The notes under the pieces were generated by a model. That model was not told the origin of the DNA, did not search any database, and was given only the letters and a program-made list of their open reading frames with translations. This document shows, one piece after another, positions 10,669 to 20,203 of a stretch of DNA of 20,203 nt. Position 1 is the stretch's first letter; every line of letters begins with the position of its first letter. A program made the position numbers and the translations under genes. Origin of the DNA: Catajapyx aquilonaris (lineage: Eukaryota); assembly GCA_000934665.2 (NCBI GenBank), contig KZ538378.1, positions 62,001 through 82,203 of the forward strand. Direction: 5' to 3'.

Positions 10669-11530
10669 TACGTTATTGCCATAAGCTTGTCCCCTAAAAG
10701 GGCAATTTCTTTTTTTCCAAACAACTTTTAACAATTGCTCAACAATATATTAAGCTTGCTGGTGAACTGCTCTAACCATACACTTGATGGCTACCGTTTT
10801 GTTCTCTAAAGTTGGATGGAGTGGCCTAGTTTTTTTTAATGCGGAAAAGGAGTTGCTTTAGGTTGAAACAAGCGAAGGATTTGCACTGGAAAATCAAAAT
10901 GGTAAGAGTCGAGGTTGGCATCATTGGTTTTACTTTGTCTACTGCTACAGTGGCTGCTGAAAGGAGAAGAAGGTGGGGCGGGGGATGAAGTCATTCTAGG
11001 GATGAGTAATGACCGTGTTGGTGAGGTGGGTTAGAAATAGGACGGTTGGATGGGGTGTGTCCTCTTCATGCTGGTTTTTCGTCCCCCCTACCACCACCAA
11101 AAAAGAAAGGTAGAAAAAAAGAAAGGAGGATTTGAGAAGATTTTTCTTGTTCCGGCTGCAACTGTCAGGGCGCGTTAAAACGAAAGTCTTGTCTCCCGTC
11201 GGGAGGCAATATTCGGCCCTGGTCCCCATCGCTTGGCCCTGTCAGGAATGCGTCCTGAAACGTTGATGCAGCTGGCCCTCGACGACATGCCCTCAAAGTC
11301 TGCAAAGAAAGATAGACCCTAATCAGCTCCATTGCATAGGTCCCTCCCCAAAAAAGAAAAATCAGCCAAAAATTGTGGTGCCAACGCCCCCATGCCAACC
11401 TGGCATTTGGGGATCCAGTGCACGACCTGGAGTCTCTGCCCCCTTGCACCGGGGCGCAATCTGAACTCCCAAATTGCATCTGCTGGATCGGAATTTGCAC
11501 CATCCCCTTTTCCTCTAACCAACGCCTCAA

Positions 11531-12096
<566 letters not shown>

Positions 12097-13183
12097 TGCA
12101 TAGCCGGCGGCACCACTCCATTATGGTCCAAATTATCGCATGCCGCCAATGCTATGTTTCACTCCTCCCTTACGTGATGAAATGGCTAATATTACGCTGT
12201 TGAAATGGAAGTCCCTCAGACCCCGTTTGTTGGGTGTCGGTGTCCAGTTGGGGGGGACTTTGTGGACTTGGGTGTCCGGTTACAAGGGGCGGGTGTTTTT
12301 TAACGACCCCCCTTTTTTTTGGAGGCGGGACGGGTACCGCTGAAAGGTGTCGATTACCGATCGGGATGGTCTAACTCTTTCAACAGAACGGACGCCTAAT
12401 GGTGCTTGCAAATCTCAAGAATATATATCATCTACATACAGTGTCTACATACCTAATCGTCTAATTCTCTATTTCCACAAGTTCGTCCGTGTTTCGACTA
12501 TATCTCTCTCACGACTTCAGTGGCTCCATCTGTGCGTGAAGAATAGTACTACGAGGTAAATTTGCGGGCTATGATGATTAATGTTGCCAGATTTTGGCAA
12601 CGGGTTCACTAGTTACCATAAAACAGGTCGGTACCTGAAGCAATGCAATGTATTTTTAAAATGGTATCCGGGACTGGCGTTAATTTAGCGCGTATATTCC
12701 GAGAAGGGGGGCGTTTGGTTTCCGGAATTTCCGGGAGAGCTGGCGTCGAAGCAGGGGCCCAATTTGGATCTAAACGCTGGGAGGCCGAAGCTGCTATTCA
12801 TACCGCATCAATGAAGAGGCTGCAGGAAGGAAATTACCCTTCTCCTTGCTCAGACTTGTACGCCTTGCTAGCTAGGATTATTTTGCTTCAAAAGACTTGT
12901 CCCCTTATTACTTTGATTTTCATCCGTCTTCCTTTTCCTTTTCCCTTGTGCCTAGCAGGAGGGGGGCGGCGAATTCGGACATTCTTGTTTGTCGGGGAGG
13001 CACGACTATACACCGTCTGGGGAGGTGGGGAGAGGAGGGGGGATGTATATAAGCTGACAACAAAGCTCACCAGGAGAAGATAATAAAACTTCCTGGTTAC
13101 TGAGGAGGAAAGAGAGGAAAAGGGCGGATGATTGGGTGTGCCTTCGTGAAAATTTCGTCAAAGGAAGCGACGGGGAGCGACAA

Positions 13184-13201
13184 GGGGGGGGGGGGGGGGG
13201 G
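13184..13201 (+). repeat. Poly-G homopolymer (G18)
   Basis: Run of 18 G read directly. Similar runs are C18 at 16716-16733 and C14 at 19413-19426. Confidence 0.9.
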
Positions 13202-16200
13202 CTGTGCAAAACTTGCGCCGGGAATAAATGACGAATGCTACGCCCAGCTTGTTCCTCGATTGTTATAATTTGCACCTCTCTGTAGGAGGCAAATTCGGCA
13301 GGGCGAGATGCACTCGGGAGAAACTAGCAGCATTTGCCGCTTCTTTCATGTCGCGTAATGTCGCAGCAGCCCTGACACTGTACGGGCCCTTTGCTGTAGT
13401 ATATACGCTGTGCAGCAGCAGGTGGTACCTAAGTCTGATTCATTGTAAATTATTGCGAGATCCTTCATGGGGAAGTAGGGCATACACCGTCCTCTATGCG
13501 TAATTTGTGACTGAAATGTGCCAAAATTGCACCAATCCTGTACAGTCAACGTGTATATCACGTTGTAATTAATTGCATAATAATGACATAGCGTAACAAA
13601 ACATGCGATTGCTTGAAGGAAGTGGTGCGTCACTCTCTGCTAGTCAAGTGCAGTGCACGGTACGTGCTCTCTTGAGAACGATACAGTATATTGTTGACGA
13701 AGATTTGCAGAGTTTTCGTAATTCCGTCAAGTGCGACACAACTTTACCCAAAGCCGTTTTACTTTTAATCACATGAAACCTTGAACTAGCTACTTTTCGC
13801 TTCTCAAAATAAACACTGGGTCATTCCATTTTAAGCAACTCGGACAAAATTAAAATGTTGCATCCAGGCTTCATCCTATACACGGGTTCCAAGAGCGAAC
13901 ATTAATTGCCGTCCGGGTTGATCGACGGAGCGTAGTGTGAGAGGAGTCTGAAGGAAGCAGCGGCCCGGTCCATGTCCGATGGTTGCTGACTGCAGGAATA
14001 ACAAATGGGTGGCAGGAAAGTAGTCATGGTTGGTGGGGAAGGGAGCAGACAAAAGGGGAGGGAGAAGGAGGTTTTTAAAAAAAAGGAAGAAGAAGAAGGA
14101 GATGGTGGAGAAGGAGCGTGCCAGGCTTCAAAGGGAAAAGGGACCGAGCCCTTTGCTTTCACGCTAGACTGGCATCCGCCTCGGGGCATATATACGTATA
14201 CACACCCACCCCCTTCCACCTCCTTCAGTGCCTGCTACCACCTCTACCTCTCGCTTCCTTCCTCTTGGCTTTCAAGAAATCATTTTGGGAAGGAGGAGGG
14301 CCTCCACCCCCTCTGGCTTAACCCTGGAGGGGAAGAATATGGCGCAAGGCAAAGAGGGATTCAGATCCAATCCCGGAGATAGGAACAATCCCGGCCCTAA
14401 CTTTTTAAAGTAATTAGTGGCCTTGCACATGTCATTCGCAGGCAGTCGCTTCCCCTTGCGGACCTTACGGCAAAAGCGTCTCCTTATTCGAGTGGCTGCT
14501 TCTTCCTTTCCGCAATCCCAACCGCAGTCTTTACCCGCTTCATTAACCCCCCCTCCTCCAGCACAGTCGAGAGAGAGAAGCCCCCCGCAAGAAGGTGACG
14601 GAACCACAAGACCTCAAAAACCACCTTTTCCACCCAAGTGCCCACCGACGCGTTTTGCAAACCCGAGGAAGGCACACCAAAGGTATTGCCAAGACATTTG
14701 GCACAAGCTGATCGATGCGACCAGCAGTCCCCAGACTCTGCTGTGGACAGAGAGAACTGGTGCTGGGGACCCCCGTTTTTCCATGCCGGGGAACAATCGC
14801 GGGATCGACAAATTCGGTGGCAAATGGTGCAGGTAATGGGGACTGTGGTACTGACGGTGGAAGGTGTGTCAACAAATCAATCCGTCATTCACATCCGGAA
14901 GCTGAATTTATGCACTCAAATTTTGTAGCGGCGATACTGAATATGCACGCAACACTGAATGCATTCAATGGCGGATTTATTTGCGGCGGAAAAAAACTGT
15001 ATCGCTTGTGGTGAAGGGAAGTGACTAGTAGCTCTTGATAGCATATTGCCGATTGAAATAATTTAAATGCGAGTGCTTAAATCAGAATTGCAAAAGTTCA
15101 CAATTTTGTTACAATGTGATAATATTGCATTGTTTCTTGGACAGACGATTATGCGACATCAGTTGCTTGGACACTTGGCTCATGCCTGCAGGATACTCGC
15201 AGATTTCGCCCAGATTCATCTTTTCTCAGTACAGTGCACTTGAATTATGATACATCACGCGGACTGCATATTGTATTCTATGACTATGTAATGAGCGCGT
15301 TGAGGTGAATCCGTCAGCACTTATACTAAGCTTCATAAAACCGGCTCAAAATGAATAGTAATCGCAACAATGTGCTCGCGTTATTTCATACTCCGATTGA
15401 ATTACGGCCTTAATAAAAATTATGGCATTATGTCAGCGCTTATGATCATCTTTCGAACAGAAAATAGCTTACAGGACAAAACGGGGCATCGATCATCCTA
15501 CCATGTATGCAACCAATGCGCTTCTCTTGCCTGACAGCGAAACGAAACTAACAGGCGCTCGGGGCCTGCACTGCATCACTCGCATTATACAAAAGGGACG
15601 GGAATAATGGCTATTGTACCACAGTGTCCAGTAATATTACATAATTATGGATTAATGACGCGATAACGCAACGCACAGTGAAATGACTGCTACAATGAAT
15701 TGCTTTTTTTTCTGTCTGTATATAAAAAGTTAGGTACAGGTATGTGAAGTATCTAGCAATTACAGAAATGTCTCTATAATAATTATTTGTAAATTTGTAT
15801 TAATATCATCCACATTGTGCACGCGTCCTCTCTCTGCCAGCCCGATGCAATTAATTCACTGGCGGCTTTGAGCCATTTCTTGCCCCCACTTTGAAAGGAT
15901 TGCCCAAAGGACCTGGCCCGCTTTTTCCTCTAGCCACAAAGTCCGTCGCCAGTGCAAAAAAAAAAAATATGCATATTCATTAGCCAGGCTATTCATCACC
16001 CCTTGGAATGGAGGCTGCAGCAATGGAATAAAGAAAATATGTCCCCAGGTCGTTTTGAAGTTGGAAGAGAGAGTAGATGCACCCTCTGCCGTCACTTCCA
16101 ACACCTCTCTCTCTCTCTGCCTGTGCCTGTGCCGCTAATAAATTAATACTGGCAAGGGGTCAAAGGCTGTCAGGTGTGGCTCGTAGCGCCTTCTCGCTGC

Positions 16201-16715
16201 TCTGCTAATGCCTTGCTAATTGCCCTTTGAAAAGGTCTGATTGGCAACAAGTTTTCTGCCAGACCTCAAAAACTCCACGCAGCCCACATGAAATGGTTAC
16301 TTTTCCGCCTATTCATTACCATTTCGCTCTCTGATCTTTTCCATCGGGCACGGTTTTCAAAAGAGGTTAATTCATCGCGTTAAGACTCAAAATTGGCCCG
16401 GGTTTGATCAAGAGCAGGCTAAATTTATGCAAATGGTGTTTCCCCAGTTTTTTTTAAGGGGGCGAACTCTTGTTTTTGTGTGTATCGTGGTGGACACAAT
16501 AAGGAGCACTCTAATTAATTAGGCTCCAGGACAGAACGACCGTCTTGTGAGCTTCATAGGTCCAAATGGGGCCAAATCACGCTAGGGGCGTTTCGGGGGA
16601 TGGGTTGAGCCCTGGTCAAGATGAAAGCTGGCCCACTTGCGGCATCGATTAATGACTTATTAGGCACACCGAGTGGCTTTCATTCCATGTGGGGGGGAGA
16701 GAGGATGGATTTCTA

Positions 16716-16746
16716 CCCCCCCCCCCCCCCCCCTCCCAGCCCCCCC
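16716..16746 (-). repeat. Poly-C run (C18) plus adjacent C-tracts; G4-competent on the minus strand
   Basis: C18 at 16716-16733, then tcccag and a further C-run to 16746. Confidence 0.85.
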
Positions 16747-17010
16747 GATTCTCTTTTCACCATTCCCCCTAAAACTAATACACTCCAAGTATTCTGAGCA
16801 GCTCATTTCCCACCCAGTGATCAATGGGCCTTCCCTGCTGCAATGGGGTAGCATGTTTTTGGTCAACCGCGATATTTCAGCAATTATCTGGACACGGATT
16901 TCGCAAGCCCAAACCCGCCAAAGTTTGGGAAAGCATCTGATCGTCCTTTCCGGAGCAATATTGGCTCACCCTCCTTTGATTGGGCGTACTTTACTGCGCT
17001 TGAAAGATAA

Positions 17011-17176
17011 CACTATGCAACACGATATTTTGTCCATGGAAATCATCGCTATTTCCATGTTCCTAAAGTCACACATAAATGAATGGTCACTATTATGAGT
17101 TACGAGGGACCTAAGGAACATGGAAATAGCGATGAATTTCTATGGACAGAAAAAAGTTGATTTTTGTTCCATAGTG
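17011..17176. mobile_element. Palindromic MITE, 166 bp, CACTATG...CATAGTG termini, 3-bp TSD TAA; CMC (CACTA/Chapaev)-like
   Basis: TAA(17008-17010)|CACTATGcAACA ... TGTTcCATAGTG|TAA(17177-17179). Perfect 22-bp internal inverted repeat tcatcgctatttccatgttcct (17043-17064) / aggaacatggaaatagcgatga (17114-17135), extended by tgtccat/atggaca. CAC termini with a 3-bp TSD are known for CACTA and Chapaev3 elements. Confidence 0.85.
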
Positions 17177-18231
17177 TAATCAACTGGATGGCAACAATAT
17201 TTTCGACAATAGGGGCTAGATTATCCGGACTAAAGTGTTCGGATAATACAGAATGTGGGAGCGGAATATTTTAAAAATTGGATATTACTGGAGTGCAAAT
17301 TCAATAAAATTTTTGTATGTACTCCTACCGAGCGAAAATATTCGGACGACTGGTTTACAGGTTCTGGTTACATTATTCGAATACCTGTATCTTTATCAAT
17401 TGATTTCAAGTGCAGCATGTTACGTGAAAATATGCGCGGTACTGTGTGCCCGAGCTTTACTTTCACGTTCCGGGGCACTTGAAATCGCCAGCCATATTTT
17501 TCCGGTTATAGTTTGTGAGGTTTGACGTCAGGGGCAATGCGACGCAATAGTACACTGAAAATCTCGGGAGCAATCATGGGCAATCCCTGGGCAGGGACGG
17601 GCGAATTTGATCGTCCCGGAGGCCAGTTGGGGTGGGTGGGTTGGTGGTAACCTCCCCCCTTCTCCTCCTCCTCCTCCTCCTCTCTACCCCCCTCCAGCAT
17701 CCCGGATTCCATCCGGATTCACCCGATTCCCACCAGAGACCGCCTCCTCTTTCCAAGCTCCATTCTTTTCCGGGGCCAAACCTTGCAGTAGATATCTCAT
17801 TTCCGGCAGTGTCAACCAGTGAGGGAGAGGCGGGGGGGATGGGAGGTGAGGCTACTAAGAGAGAAAAAATGATGAGGTGGTACAATCCGACACCGGGCTC
17901 CATCCAAACCCCCGCCGTTCCAGGGAGAGCCCCGCAGCATATTCGGTGACTAAGTACAGATTACGCCGCAGGGAGGAGCTGCCTGCCTCCTGTTTCCGGT
18001 TAATTAGACTGGCCGAGTAATCAGATGGGTGGGAGGAGGAGGAGGAGGAGAGAGGGAATATATACCGGAGAATCTCTTAGGCTCCTTGCGGCTATGTATG
18101 GATCCATTTTAAACTGATGTAAGGCTCCTTTCATGGGACTCGAGGGGCGAAGCTAAAACAGTGTTTACAGTGTGACGTCACACGGCCAGGTAGTTTTGTA
18201 AAACAAAAATTTTAGATATTTTATACCAATT

Positions 18232-18498
18232 GAGACGTTGGCATGCTGGGAAAGGGCGTAAGTCACAATAAGAAATGTGCCTAAAAAAGTAGCCTACATT
18301 TAGATGTTAAACTCATAAACTGCACTTTGACTTTTCATGAATATGTGTAACAAGTTTGTAACAAGTCCAACAATAAGTAATATTTTCTGTGATAAATTAT
18401 GATTTACGCCGTTTACAGTGTTCTTAAAACGGTTTTTTTTCATACTGCCGGTCAAAAATTCCATTTGTGACTTACGCCCTTTCCTACATCAACGCCTC
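18232..18498. mobile_element. MITE, 267 bp, GAG...CTC termini, 4-bp TSD AATT; Sola-like (Sola2-type termini)
   Basis: AATT(18228-18231)|GAGACGTTG ... CAACGCCTC|AATT(18499-18502). Perfect 20-bp inverted core ggaaagggcgtaagtcacaa (18249-18268) / ttgtgacttacgccctttcc (18465-18484), with an AT-rich interior. GRG...CYC termini with 4-bp TSDs are characteristic of Sola2/Sola3. Confidence 0.88.
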
Positions 18499-19304
18499 AA
18501 TTTTTAAAAAAAATTTACCGACCTGCGCGTACATTTGGTGTAATTTGATTATTTTTTTTTGTTAAGCAGATGGTGGCCTTTGCCGACAGATGACGCCAGA
18601 GTCGCTCCTCCATCTACCGGTAGGAAAACGAATCATCATCGCAGCACGGGGGTCGTTCTGCCCTCTGTTGTCAGCACCCCATCCTCAGAGCCGAGATTTT
18701 TATCAAGTTGGGAACTAATTTCAAGGATTGAAGCAAGTAATTTTTTTCTGGGTTATAGCCACTTTGAAGTATAATGATCACAGCGTAATGAGGCCATAAT
18801 CACGTAATCAGTCTTTTTCTCTCTCCTATAATACCACCCATGATTGCTTTCACGATCCGCATAAAAAATTCAGGGCCCCCCACCGAAATACCGTGGTCGA
18901 GGGAGGATCTAGGTCCGGTAGGTGTCGCTTGAGCGCACCCACACATCACATACACACAAGTGGAAAAAAAAGGGGGGTGAAGACGAACACCGAGTGAGGC
19001 AGGCGACCTACATAAAAGGGTGAGGTCTAATGTGGGGGTGGGTGAAAGAGGGTTGAAAAGCCCCCTACTTCTCTGTCCCCTCCCACCCATTTGAAACGCA
19101 TGTTCCCGGAAGGGGAAGTGCATGAATTTGGCTCGTGTGCATGCATTATGTAGGGCCGGGGTGATGTGTCCGATTGTTTCATGTGGCGGGCGATACCTTT
19201 GTCCGGTACGCTGCTGCATTCCCGCACTAAAAGGACGACAATGCAATTATGAAGCATTGGGACCATTGTGTGACGCTTATGTATGATTCATCAATGGTGC
19301 AGGA

Positions 19305-19359
19305 AGAGAGAGAGAGAGAGAGAGAGTGAGAGAGGGGGGGGGGCTTGTGTGTGTGTGTG
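19305..19359. repeat. Compound microsatellite (AG)11 - G10 - (TG)7
   Basis: (AG)n 19305-19326, G-run 19334-19343, (TG)n 19346-19359. Confidence 0.9.
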
Positions 19360-19546
19360 ATGGAAGAGTTGAGCTCCTACACATGTAATATATCTCCAGG
19401 GAGTAAAGCTTGCCCCCCCCCCCCCCTCTGNTAATGGTATTGCAGTGTTTGTGCATATCACACAGTATGCTTTGCATATGTTGAGCATTTATATTTTATT
19501 GGGACTGCGACACAGTTAGAGTAACTGTTATTTAAAAATTGATGTA

Positions 19547-19630
19547 CAGTACTAGACTCGAAAGTCCATATCACTTAAGGTGGTTAATGATTCAATGAAT
19601 ACCACTCAGGATTTCACTGCAGTCGTACTG
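19547..19630. mobile_element. Possible tiny Tc1/pogo-type MITE relic (TA|CAGTAC...GTACTG|TA)
   Basis: tacagtac at 19545-19552 and gtactgta at 19625-19632, with weaker inner pairing (gact/agtc; gtggt 19580-19584 / accac 19601-19605). TA|CAGT termini are typical of Tc1/pogo-Tigger elements. The match is short, so chance is not excluded. Confidence 0.35.
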
Positions 19631-20203
19631 TAATAGTATTGGATTATTGGCAATGCAATAATAGTAAAATTTTAATAAGAAGATTGGAAATAAGATATCT
19701 GTGAAATTAGGCGCGCTGCTCATTCCTCGATTGCCTATAGATCTAAGCAGATTTTAAAAATGGCCCAATAATTCCTGATAGTTCAGATTGGCTTCATAGA
19801 CTGCACACTAGTGTACAATATTTTAAGTGGGTTTCGGATTGTTTCAGTTTTCATTAAAAATGCTCCTTGAAGATGTAAGGAATATGGTTTTCACTCGATT
19901 TATGAATCCAATAGAGTTAAATTGTGGGTGAATAGCGCTCTCCTGTAATCCTTCATGCTTAGTTAAAATTTTTATGAAGGAAACATATGCTGCTACAATA
20001 ATACGCACTGAATCCTCACGATTGCAAAATTCGTTATCACGCGATATCAAAGCACAAGTGCAAAAGCTGTACTTAACTTAAGCGAAAAAAAAGCAGCTGG
20101 CTTGGGAAAAAAAGTGGCGTTTTGAATCCTAAATAGTTGATAATGTGAACCCGTGCCTTTGAACTCTGAGCACAAAATGCAGATTGTTGATTATCCGGGC
20201 AGC

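Noticed and set aside
12583..12601. gttgcca-gattt-tggcaac (RFX-like or TIR-like palindrome)
   Set aside because: Only 7-bp arms and no larger element or partner found.
13818..13830. gggtcattccat and gcacctttaa (8437-8446) as possible solo transposon ends
   Set aside because: No complementary partner terminus found in the window.
13902..15014. Dense cluster of overlapping ORFs on both strands
   Set aside because: GC-rich, low-complexity purine/pyrimidine tracts suppress stop codons; the peptides are Pro/Gly/Ser-rich with no family signature.

Overview
This window looks like non-coding eukaryotic DNA, probably a large intron or intergenic region of an animal with little CpG depletion, so likely an invertebrate (inferred from composition and repeat types, not from a search). 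I found no credible protein-coding gene, rRNA, intact tRNA, CRISPR array or prokaryotic operon. The listed ORFs are short, overlap on both strands and are low-complexity; the longest ones (11165-12203) are just translations of a (CT)n tract. What the sequence does support is a landscape of small non-autonomous transposons. These are: two copies of a ~240-bp TIR element with a 4-bp TSD (8493-8732 and ~3129-3320); a ~280-bp fold-back MITE (~10386-10668); a TAA|CACTATG...CATAGTG|TAA element (17011-17176, CMC/Chapaev-like); an AATT|GAG...CTC|AATT element (18232-18498, Sola-like); and a decayed tRNA-derived SINE with a V/Meta-type central domain (~7811-7950). There is also a perfect 562-bp (CT)281 microsatellite (11533-12094) and several G-quadruplex-competent tracts in GC-rich blocks that alternate with AT-rich, TE-containing blocks. 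I do not see a new biological system here; the most useful leads are possibly unnamed MITE/SINE families and TE-borne CRE motifs.
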